This document shows, piece by piece, positions 54,174-64,000 of a stretch of DNA of 64,000 bases (positions within the stretch are counted from its first letter, which is position 1; every line of letters begins with the position of its first letter). The translations under genes and the position numbers were made by a program. This DNA comes from Chrysomallon squamiferum (lineage: Eukaryota > Animalia > Mollusca). The stretch spans positions 7,254,001-7,318,000 of the forward strand of contig CM022676.1 in the NCBI GenBank assembly GCA_012295275.1, read 5' to 3'. The notes beneath the pieces were generated by a model. The model was not told where the DNA came from, ran no database searches, and saw only the letters and a program-made list of their open reading frames with translations.

Positions 54174-55625
54174 AATAGGACTTCATTAACATAAATAGTA
54201 TTTTTGCATCATCGTTATTTAAGTGGCTCGTTGGTCTAGGGGTATGATTCTCGCTTTGGGTGCGAGAGGTCTCGGGTTCGAATCCCGGACGAGCCCGTTA
54301 TTTTTTTCTTTTTCTCCTTTCCCATAACTAATAATCTATACTCTTTTATTTGTCGATGATTATCAGTTAGTATATTTGTATGTTTTATAAGAAAGCTATT
54401 GTTGTTTTGTTTTAATTGTCATCGAAATAAACTCGAACAGTCTGACATAAGATATTTATTATATCACCAAACCAAACTAACTTCTCGCTAAAACCAATAC
54501 TATTAATATAATTTCTAAAAACTTAAATATAGATATATATATATATATCTGACACATATTGCACACACATAAATCCACACACACACACACGCACACCCTT
54601 ACAAGCCAACCACACATCGTATCGATATCGTACCTGGAATGAGTCTGGAATATTCTTGGTGATGGTCTGTCCTTAAATTCCTCCACTGGAACGCGCTCCA
54701 ACATACTGGAATTTTTCCAGTGCTTGGTGTATTCTGCTTTTCCTTTGACCAGCATATTCAGAATCTCGAAAACCCAGTGTGTACCTAAGAACATTGTAAG
54801 GAAAAATCACTAATGCAGTCTTAGATTATATCTGTCTGTATGTTTCTGCTCGGTTTTTATAAGATGATAGTCCAATAAAATATATTTTCTAAGTCTTTAC
54901 AGAATTATTGTTATCATGAATTAAATTTTTATGTACGTATTTTATGTTTTTAAAATTTATTCATTTATTACTGCTACTATACTATTACTACTACAAATAC
55001 TACCACAGCTTTTACTACTAATATTATTGTTGTTTGTGTTTTAAATATTTTAATATTATTATTATTATTATTATTACTGTTGTTGTTGTTGTTGTTGTTG
55101 TTGAGATTCTACTGAACTAATAATCTCGTATTGCAATTTTAGGACACATACAAACATTTCTCAAAGAACTGGATTAATAAAAGTTGAACATACAGGATGC
55201 AGACTGGCAGGTTTAGCGTTTACCTAAATATCTTTTCAGTATTCAGCAACAGGGGAATGTATATATACACACACATAGGCACGCATACAAATAGACACAT
55301 TTTTAAACACACACACATACACATATACACACACATACACGAAAATGCACACACAGACATATAAAATAGTGGATTAAAACATACAATGAGAGATTTAAAA
55401 AATATATATGTAACAATAATCATGCACGAATAACGTGTTTTCGTACTGACCTGATTTCATGTAAGAGCAGAGTATGATGTCGTCTGCTCTCACATCCATG
55501 TTTTTGAGTTCTTCAAGCCTTCTGCTAATGCTCTCATGTTCGAAAGGAAACGGAATTTCATCAATAAAACTGACATCCATTGGATAATCGTCTGCTTCTT
55601 GTTGCATTGTGGGGCTGAATGACAT
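51744..55625 (-). CDS. Cytosolic PAPS-dependent sulfotransferase (SULT1-like, Sulfotransfer_1 family), complete, 297 aa
   Basis: Exons 55625-55451, 54784-54634, 53886-53717, 53355-53252, 52362-52188, 51862-51744 total 894 nt; all GT-AG and phase-consistent. Motifs: SYMKSGTHW (5'-PSB), PRIFQTH, RNPK..VS (3'-PB), [25 protein letters not shown] (dimerisation). Confidence 0.93.
52188..52362 (-). CDS. Sulfotransferase coding exon 5
   Basis: [35 protein letters not shown]...PKYFRK. Confidence 0.9.
52741..52812 (+). tRNA. tRNA-Pro(AGG), antisense within sulfotransferase coding intron 4
   Basis: Same 72-nt body; T5 terminator 2 nt downstream. Confidence 0.96.
53124..53195 (+). tRNA. tRNA-Pro(AGG), antisense within sulfotransferase coding intron 4
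   Basis: 72-nt body, T-loop variant TTCAAAT; no T4 run until 53298. Confidence 0.94.
53252..53355 (-). CDS. Sulfotransferase coding exon 4
   Basis: [35 protein letters not shown], tatttcag acceptor, gtcagt donor. Confidence 0.9.
53717..53886 (-). CDS. Sulfotransferase coding exon 3
   Basis: [29 protein letters not shown]...FLNMFLNGK, gtgaat donor. Confidence 0.9.
54225..54296 (+). tRNA. tRNA-Pro(TGG), antisense within sulfotransferase coding intron 2
   Basis: Acceptor stem GGCTCGT/ACGAGCC (compensatory C-G pair relative to other copies), anticodon TGG, T7 terminator. Confidence 0.95.
54634..54784 (-). CDS. Sulfotransferase coding exon 2
   Basis: [12 protein letters not shown]...[10 protein letters not shown], ttcttag acceptor, gtacga donor. 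Confidence 0.9.
55451..55625 (-). CDS. Sulfotransferase coding exon 1
   Basis: MSFSPTM...[15 protein letters not shown], gtcagt donor; acceptor ttttctctag upstream (exon starts 55646) implies a non-coding first exon. Confidence 0.88.
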
Positions 55626-55787
55626 GAATGTTTCGGTTACTGATGTCTAGAGAAAAGAAATGGTCTGCTTGTCTAGAACATAAATTTGTTTTCCGAATTT
55701 CACTTCCTCTCTGACTCGATCTGTCTAAATATATCGATGTATATATATATCTGACCGCCTATCTCTCTGTCTATTTGTTTATCAGTA

Positions 55788-55870
<83 letters not shown>

Positions 55871-56261
55871 TTATACACGCGTGAGCTCACATACACACAC
55901 ACGAACACACACACACACACACACTCACTCACACATACCCTATATAGATGGACTGATTAAAGCATATATCCATTTTCTCTCTCTTTCTGTATCACTCTCT
56001 CTTTCTATCTTTTCCTATCTTTTCTTGTCGTTATTTCTCTGTTTCCCTCTCACGTACACAAACATCTGTTCAAAGATACCTACATTACAATAAATTCAAA
56101 CTATGTTTTGTTGATCCAACAGTATATCAGAGACAATTCAAAATCATAAAACAAAATCGAAAGAATATTATACTGATTTTTCTTGCTTTTTCTTTTCAGA
56201 TGGCAAGAAAAACAAGTACAGATTATATGAAGATTAAAAACGTACAGATAAGAAAAGTTAC

Positions 56262-56335
56262 CTGACAAGTGTGGGTTTTTCTAGTGTGACCTGTTTAAAA
56301 ATGTCGGTTTCCTCTTCATCGTCTTACTTTTGTTT
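56262..56335 (-). other. Probable non-coding 5' exon of the sulfotransferase
   Basis: CAG|GTAACT donor at 56262/56261 upstream of the acceptor at 55647; 5' boundary not determinable. Confidence 0.4.
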
Positions 56336-57053
56336 GTTTACCTGGATGGAGGGCAAATATCAAAGGTCACGTGAATGCGATGCTTGTATAATATTATTTT
56401 CCGCTCTATTTTTATTACAAGCACGAAGCGTTATGTTTTCTTTCAGAATACGATCACCATAACAAAAATAATAATCAGATTGTCGATTTATTTATTTAAA
56501 TAGCATATACTTTCCCGAGCGACATACAGAGTTTACTTGAATAACATTTAACGGTCGTTATTTTAAATTTTATTTTATTATTATTATTTAAAAAAATAAC
56601 CAACAACAGAAAAAAAAACAAAAAAAAAAACCCCAAACTTCACAATAATAATAAAAATAAAAACACTGTGTCTGCAAAAGAAAACTTCCCATTAAAAGAG
56701 TAGAAATGAATTTTTATTGTTTTGTTACAATGTAATCACAGCTCTATGATGTAATGTAACCTTTGACACGTCCCCTTAAACGTCTGCGCGACAGCAAGCA
56801 GACGTGACACTGTTTGCAGTTCCTGGTGAAAGATAGTCGCTAAGTCGTGAATTTGTATAGGATTTTATTTTAACCATAAACTCGTGACTTAGTAATAGTT
56901 AACACAGACCTATTTAACTGTCGCTCTGTTTTTTAATAAGGTAAAATTTATTTTGCATCCTGGCATCTAAATATGGACATAATATTTTTGACTATTATTA
57001 TTATTATTTATTATTATTATTAATATTATTAATATTTAGAAACAAAAACAAAC

Positions 57054-57125
57054 GGGCTTATCCGGGATTCGAACCCGGGACCTCTCGCACCCTAAGCGAG
57101 AATCATACCCCTAGACCAACAAGCC
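57054..57125 (-). tRNA. tRNA-Pro(AGG)
   Basis: 72-nt body; one acceptor-stem change gives a G-U wobble (ATAAGCC); T5 about 5 nt downstream. Confidence 0.92.
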
Positions 57126-57540
57126 AGTTAATTACATTGTTCTCGTTATTTCTTTTCTCTTAATCTAGATATCTTACATGATTCTTTGTTTCGTAAATAA
57201 AATGCAGTTTATCAAACCTTTACTGCAGTATGTATAACTCGGATATTATTATGTAAACAATGTTTGTTTATTTGCAGAAAACATTATATACTAATATCAG
57301 CATTCAGTGTCGCTGAAAAAAATATATGTATTGAAAAAGATGAAGAAACAAAGGGAAAAAAATTAGACATTTTGCGAAATTGTGAAGTTTGTTTTGAAAA
57401 TCACATAGGTGTATTTAAGTTAATGAAGTTTTGATTATATATATATATATTTTTTAATCTGTGGCTATAAAGATCGCATGTGTAAGTATGTAATATCAAC
57501 AAAGAACATTTGTTGCATTAGCCAAATTAGTTGAAACTAA

Positions 57541-57580
<40 letters not shown>

Positions 57581-57700
57581 TAAATTATAACAATAACAAT
57601 AATAATAGTTATCATCATGAAGATGATGATGATGGTAATATAATAAAAATTTAATAAAAATCTGGTTACAACACATCCAAAAAACAAAATCATAACCTCT

Positions 57701-57733
<33 letters not shown>

Positions 57734-57758
57734 AAAAAAAGAAAAACAAACATCCTTA

Positions 57759-57814
<56 letters not shown>

Positions 57815-57954
57815 CGTTATGTAGTTGTATTGTCAAACTTTATTTCTTTCACAATGCCAACGCCGTTTCATTTTACCAATTAAAGCAATTTCTACACAAT
57901 CTATTTTGGTCACATTTTCCAACAATACCATCATTATTATATCACTGATCTTTC

Positions 57955-58434
57955 TTGGAAGGAGTAACCCATATTCTGCAGTCGTTATCAGTTTCACTGT
58001 AAGCTTATAACGTTTTAGTTTCACGACAGGAGTAATACATTTCACAATAACTGTCATTACACATCACATACTTTCATGGTAGAAGAAACTTATATTCTTC
58101 AATTATTCTCAGTTAGCTCTGCAACATATCACCGACATGTTCTAGGTAGGAATAACACATCTTTCAATAACTGTCACCTATACATTATACATTCTTTGTA
58201 GGAGGAACCCATATTTTTCAGTAATGTATTATATATATCAATACGTTTTTGGTAGGTGTAACCAATGTTTTTCTATAAAAAAAATTTAGTAGGAGTAACT
58301 CATAATCTTCAGTAACAGAATATTCTTTTTTAATTTTTTTTTTTTTTATATCAACAGACTTTGCTGGTTGGAGTAATTCAGTTTCTTCAATAATTTTATT
58401 ATTATGTATGAATGCTTTTTATTGGTAGGAGTAA

Positions 58435-58437
<3 letters not shown>
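57955..58437. repeat. Diverged ~55-65-bp tandem repeat, about 9 copies, 3' of INTS10
   Basis: Core ggtaggagtaacncatattcttcaata at about 57961, 58029, 58082, 58149, 58201, 58255, 58292, 58370, 58428. Confidence 0.7.
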
Positions 58438-58494
<57 letters not shown>

Positions 58495-58923
58495 AGAAAT
58501 AATGTGTATCTGTGTGTGTGTGTGTGTGTGTGTGTCTAGGATCATGGACAATGAATAGGAAAGATAGTTCAATCATGTAATGGGCTATATGAAAAAACAG
58601 TAAGGGATAAAGGTTGGGATAGGAAACAGCACATTTGGTAGGAATCAGCCCACAGGAAATTTCACACTGTACAATTTAGTCCTGTTTGTTCTTGTTATTC
58701 TTTGTTAACAGATGCACACAGACCACTGATTTGTTTCTACAGACAATGAAAGTCCTTGATCTTTAAAGTCATGTGATCACGTTTATAACATCTGTCTCCT
58801 TTTGGATATGCAGGTTGCTCTTCTGGCTTCTTAACCTTCAGCGACATAAGTAGCTTCAGTGAAATTTTAACATTTGTTTTAAATAAATCGTATTTATGAG
58901 GGTTTTTGGGGTTTTTTTTCAGG

Positions 58924-59080
58924 CTATCCCAGATTGTCTAAGAGTAAAGATCTTTCTTCTTTTAGAAACTTGTGTATCATCTGGTTTATTGGTTCATTTG
59001 TTTTTTTTACTTGTTTTTCAAGAGTGGCTTTGAAATCCTCTCTGACGTTTTTGTTAACACCTCTTGTCACAGTTCGTTGT
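58924..59080 (-). CDS. INTS10: INTS10 last coding exon
   Basis: QRTVTRGVNKNVREDFKATLEKQV...FLKEERSLLLDNLG-TAG. Confidence 0.92.
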
Positions 59081-61766
59081 CTGAAATAAGTAAAAAAAAA
59101 AAAAGTATTAATAGAAACATAAGGATGGCAGAACCTTCCTAAAATAAGTTCCAGAATTGAATTTTGATAATGGATTGGCTTTTTATATCTTGTAACATAA
59201 TCAAAAGACCCATCAACAGAGATTTTTTTTGGTTCATGGAAAATAAAGAATTATAACCTTAGATTATTTGAATACCTTATAAATACACCTAAATTTATGA
59301 CGTTCTGCGTTTTCAACTTTGACCTAATTAGAAGATAATATCAGCATTATAAAAAATATTTAAAATAAAGTTATTTAGGAATCAGTCAAAAGCCACAGTG
59401 TTAAATAAACAGGTAACATCATCTGTTTTGCAGAAGCAGTAACTAAAATAATCTGTTAATTTTTGAAAACCTTTTGATATAAAATTTTTAGACAACAGAA
59501 ATCTTGCTGGATTCATATGTCTTGAACAATCTCTGCCCAGAACTGATTTTACACAATCTAACTTAGTCAAGTTTTTATTTCTCTTACGGTGTGATTGTTT
59601 TGGCTGTGGCTGGTAGAATGTCCAGTTTTACTGAACCTCCTTCTTTAGTGTCTAGAAATGCAAACTCCTCCAGCATGTCTAGATCTGGAAAAAAATGTGT
59701 TAAGGAAACATCTAATTTATAAAAATAAAGAAACACACATATACACAGATATTATTGATGGGTTGTACTAATCTATCAGTTATTGAAATCATAAATATCA
59801 GCCATAATTTCATATCTAATGCTTTCATTTTAATGTCGTCTTGGAGGCAGAAAAATCAGTTCAAAATGATGCAGGGTTAAACAGTTCCTTTGACATTAAA
59901 GTACACACCATGATAAATCATAAAGGATAGGCTGGATAAAGAAAAAGGCCAATAGGGAGAGCACTTTTGAAAATGGAAGAGACAACCTATCATTCCTAAC
60001 ACATATATATATATTTATCACTGACCTAGAACCCCTCTAATATAAAAAACCACAGATTTGAGAAAGCACTGGTTTTGTTAATGAAGTTTTACAAGGATAC
60101 TGTAGATGTAGAGGAAGAAGAGGTTGTATGCAAATGAGCCCTGTTTCTGAATCAAGGCTACAGTGTCAGCAAATAGTGTCTCGTATCTCGGCCAATCGTA
60201 TTGCAGCAAAACGATCAGGTGACCCAGAATCATGTCTGTGCTTTGTCCTCCTGAGAAGATTCGATCCTGAAATAATTATATTAAATAATAATAATAAAGA
60301 GTAAATATAAGAAAATATTAAAATTTTTAAAATAATGAATCCTTAAAAGTCTAAATAATCTTGTTCACTACAACCAACCTTTAGTAATAAAAAAGTATGA
60401 TAATAAATAAAAAGCTGCATTTCCATGTTACTGTATTGTGTTCTTATTTTGCACCTACATTTTTTTTATGGCAGCTATGTAACAATTATTTATTTTCCAT
60501 TTGGATATTAAATAATAGGGAAAGGTTTATGGCTAGGTATGAGCTTTTCATTAATAGTTATACTTTATCATTAGCAAAGATTAATCACCATTTTTATTTA
60601 ATAACAAATTAAAATGTATTGTTTTATTATTATTATTATTATACACTTTTTAAAAAAGAAAAAAAAAGGCTAACTTTCAGACAGGTTATGATAAGTTGGA
60701 TGCAGTAGGGAAGAACTTCATTTTCTGTGCACTGCATAAGAAACAGTTGTCTCCCTTGGCCAGGTGCTAAAGGTAACCTTTGACCTAGACTCTCAGACTG
60801 TCCTCCTCCAGGTAGAGATGTTAAAACATCCAACAACAGTTCACAGGCTTTCTGTTAATAATAATAATCAACACTAATGTTAATATTAATAAAAACTAAA
60901 ATAAATAAAATTAATAAAAACAAATTTAAATAATATTAATAAAAACAATATAAATAATAATAATATTATTAATAATAACAAGAAACAATTATAAATATTA
61001 TTAAAAACAAATATAAATAATATTGCCAAAAACAAATGTAAATAATATTGCAAAAACAAATGTAAATAATATTAATAAAAAAAAAAGTAAATAATATTAA
61101 TTAAAACTAATATAACTAAAATTAGTAAAAACAAATATAAATAATAAAAATAGTATAAATAATATTAATAAAAACATATATAAATAATATTAATAAAAAC
61201 AATGGATAGACAGATGTTTTAGAATGTTCATAGTTTAAAAATCTTACTGAGAATTTTCTTAGGCAATAGAAACAAGATGCAAGCTGCAGTGAAACTCGAA
61301 CCTGAAAAATCAAAAAAATATACATATATATTTATATATAAACAATAAGAAAACAACAACAACAAAAAAAAAAAAAAATTAAATTAAAAATTAAAAAAAT
61401 TAAAATAAAAATAAAATAAGTATCATTTGACTATTTCCTCATGATCTATCTTTCATCAAACATATACTCACTTACAAAATAAAAAAAATTAATGATTTTA
61501 AATTTAATTTTAAATACACATTATGTAAAATAGGCAAGCATGTGCCTAACAAAAGTAATGTTTTAACATGAACCTTGGAAAACAAAATGGTCCACTGAAC
61601 AGACTAATGAGGATTGATTCTAAGACCAAATTATGTCAACTTTGAGTACATGGTGAGTATTTAAATATAAAATTAAATATGATTTAAATCTTTACTTGAG
61701 TTTTTCCTTCAGATCCAGTGATAAAGTTTTGTAACTGTCCCACTGCATCCTGGAATGCACCCTGCA

Positions 61767-61797
<31 letters not shown>

Positions 61798-63535
61798 CAT
61801 ACACATAAATATATAAATAAAAAAGTACTAATTTAAAATAAGAATATATTTGTAAAAAAACAATAATAATTAATAACATCATGATGTTTTAACCACAAAA
61901 TATATATTTTTTTAAATAAACAATGTCTGCTCTTTTGTAATTGCCACTTTAATGAATGTGCAGTTGTTTCTGCAATGAATTCAAATTCTGAGATGGAGCT
62001 TATTTCAAACACGTTTCTAATGTACAGGTATGTAATTGATTTTCTAGATACTAGTTGTTAAAAAACTCTCTTTTAAACAAAATACATTCAGGACTGTGTA
62101 TTTGGGATTTATTAAATTACTCAGAGTCATTATAATACTGGTGGTCATATAGACAGAGAATTAAGAATCTCAACAATAAATTAATTTAAAAATAAAAAAA
62201 TTCTTTTCTCTTATCTTTTTTACAGGTGAGTACTATCAGGCATAGATTAGAAATTATGCACAAGGACTTTATAATGACATTGTATTATGTATCTGTTTAA
62301 TTCATAATGCAGACTGTATTACTAAATGAAAGTTATATAATAATAATAATTATAATAATAAAATATAATAAATCTACCTGATAAATAAACATGTCTGTCT
62401 GAAAATGACTCATCCATGACCACATCTCAACTCTCCAGTTCTGACACAGACCAATAAATTCTGAATTAAAATTAAAATTAAAATAAACAAACAGACAACT
62501 AACTAACTGACTAACTAAAACAATAAATAATTCAGTCATTTCTATTGTTATTTAATTTTTAAAACAAAAATTTTATATTTGAACTTAACTTTTTTTTAAA
62601 CTGCATGTATTTTTAAAATGAAGGTTTTATAAAAAGAATTAATTTTCAAAAATTTCAACTCTGCTGACATAAAATATTAAACTTTGAAACACTTACTTAC
62701 AAAATAAATAAATAAATAATAAACAAACAAACAAACAAACAAACAAATATATATATATATATATACATATAAATAAATTAAAAAAACAACAAAAAAAACA
62801 ATAAATATAAAAAACAAAAAAACTTTTACCATTTGATTTAAATTACTAGTATTTAAATACATATTTTATAAATCACCTCTTCTGAGGTCATCAGATGAAT
62901 GTAAAAGCTCAAAACACTTCATTGCAGTGAGGAAATTCTGAATGATATTTGCTGAATTGCTGATGTTTGATGATGGCTGAATCTGTGGCAACACAGGCTC
63001 TGCTCTCAGTCTTTTCGGTTTTGGTCTAAAAAGAATGAACAGACGGATGGATGGATGGATGGAAGGTAGGAATGAATATATGGATGAATGAATAAAGATT
63101 AATAGGTTCAAAGAAATGCATTGCTTTATGAACTGTCTGAGAAGTAAATGATAAAGCAGTACATACAAAGTAGAAAACGTTTATTTAAGAATTCTTAAAG
63201 AATTTAGTCCAGTTAAATCTAGTCTGTTTTATAGTATGTAATTTTCCTTCTGAAAATGATGTCACTTTGTACTTTGAAATGAAAAATATCCATCACAGAC
63301 TCAGTATACAGCAATAAATAAACAAATAAATAAATAAATAAATACACACACACCAATGTATATATTTGTAGGTATATATGTATTAGTATGTGTATGTATG
63401 TATATATGTATATGTATAAATAACACGATATGACAATGTTATCAGATTAAATATTAAGTGAAATAACTTACTGGATGATGACATCATCAGTATCCATTGT
63501 AAAACCTTCAACCAAAACAACAGACACTCGCAAAC
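58924..63535 (-). CDS. INTS10: Integrator complex subunit 10, 3' portion (5' exons beyond window end)
   Basis: Exons 63535-63472, 63025-62877, 62460-62378, 61761-61696, 61301-61248, 60851-60675, 60266-60101, 59684-59588, 59080-58924 splice in frame. FQTDMFIYQG, LGHLIVLLQYDWPR, NLDMLEEFAFL and TVTRGVNKNVREDF match the INTS10 C-terminus as recalled. Confidence 0.92.
59588..59684 (-). CDS. INTS10: INTS10 exon
   Basis: NLDMLEEFAFLDTKEGGSVKLDILPATAKTITP, phase 1-2. Confidence 0.92.
59685..60100 (-). other. U12-type (minor spliceosome) GT-AG intron in INTS10
   Basis: 5' site GTATCCTTG (60100-60092); branch site TTTCCTTAAC (59708-59699), branch A about 15 nt from the terminal AG. Confidence 0.9.
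60101..60266 (-). CDS. INTS10: INTS10 exon
   Basis: DRIFSGGQSTDMILGHLIVLLQYDWPRYETLF...QGSFAYNLFFLYIY; donor GTATCCTT. Confidence 0.92.
60675..60851 (-). CDS. INTS10: INTS10 exon
   Basis: KACELLLDVL...LMQCTENEVLPYCIQLIITCLK, phase 0-0. Confidence 0.9.
61248..61301 (-). CDS. INTS10: INTS10 exon
   Basis: VRVSLQLASCFYCLRKFS, phase 0-0. Confidence 0.88.
61696..61761 (-). CDS. INTS10: INTS10 exon
   Basis: GAFQDAVGQLQNFITGSEGKTQ, phase 0-0. Confidence 0.85.
62378..62460 (-). CDS. INTS10: INTS10 exon
   Basis: EFIGLCQNWRVEMWSWMSHFQTDMFIYQ, phase 1-0. Confidence 0.9.
62877..63025 (-). CDS. INTS10: INTS10 exon
   Basis: PKPKRLRAEP...FLTAMKCFELLHSSDDLRR, phase 2-1. Confidence 0.85.
63472..63535 (-). 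CDS. INTS10: INTS10 exon
   Basis: LRVSVVLVEGFTMDTDDVIIQ, tatgtag acceptor, gtaagt donor, phase 1-2. Confidence 0.7.
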
Positions 63536-63708
63536 CTACATAAATAAAAATAAAATAAAATAAATGAATAATAAAACGACAAAATACCAAATAGTTAAAA
63601 ACAAAATATAGAGTGGTGTAAAAAATAACTACCTTTTTAAAAAAATAAAACCCACATATTAGCTTTTATTGAATAAAATTTACATTTGTACACATATATA
63701 ATCTTTTA

Positions 63709-63745
<37 letters not shown>

Positions 63746-64000
63746 CACATACACACAAACATACATACATACATACATACTGACATATATACATACATAT
63801 ATACATAAATATTGTAAGAAAAAATGTACATATTGTCTACAAATGCATAGAAAATTATAAAAATAAAAAATAAAATATATGTAAAAAGTTACACAGCAAA
63901 AAACAATAAAAACAGAAATAAAAAAGTGTTGATTTTGCCATGTGTAAAGTTAATAGTAAAACTAAAAAACTGGAAGGCTTCATATAAATAAAATTATTAT

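Noticed and set aside
49063-57125. tRNA-Pro copies as heads of a SINE family
   Set aside because: Full 72-nt cloverleafs with stem-preserving changes, no shared body or tail and no target-site duplications.
57955-58437. CRISPR-like repeat-spacer appearance (also 11003-11420 and 1053-1320)
   Set aside because: Repeats are degenerate, the intervening sequences resemble each other, there are no cas genes, and the context is a spliceosomal animal genome.

Overview
Eukaryotic (animal) genomic DNA: AT-rich, dense in microsatellites, with spliceosomal genes. A lophotrochozoan such as a mollusc is my inference, not something the sequence proves. Nearly all supplied ORFs are simple-repeat artefacts. 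Three genes were reconstructed by hand. (1) On +, a 5'-truncated turtle/IGSF9-family adhesion receptor (4 visible Ig domains, 2 FN3, TM helix, ~620-aa tail; exons 2426-44903) with a 23-kb intron, one clear and one possible 1-nt frameshift, and candidate microexons. (2) On -, a complete 6-exon, 297-aa cytosolic sulfotransferase (51744-55625). (3) On -, the 3' nine exons of INTS10 (58924-63535), including a GT-AG U12-type intron. Seven intact tRNA-Pro genes (5 AGG, 2 TGG) and two decayed copies lie at 49.0-57.1 kb; three of the intact genes are antisense inside sulfotransferase introns. The best leads are the tRNA-Pro/SULT interleaving (including a tRNA trailer antisense to a splice donor), an orphan tRNA-like 78-nt element, the turtle microexons, a candidate recursive splice site, and intronic homotypic motif clusters. 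None of these establishes a new system without expression data.
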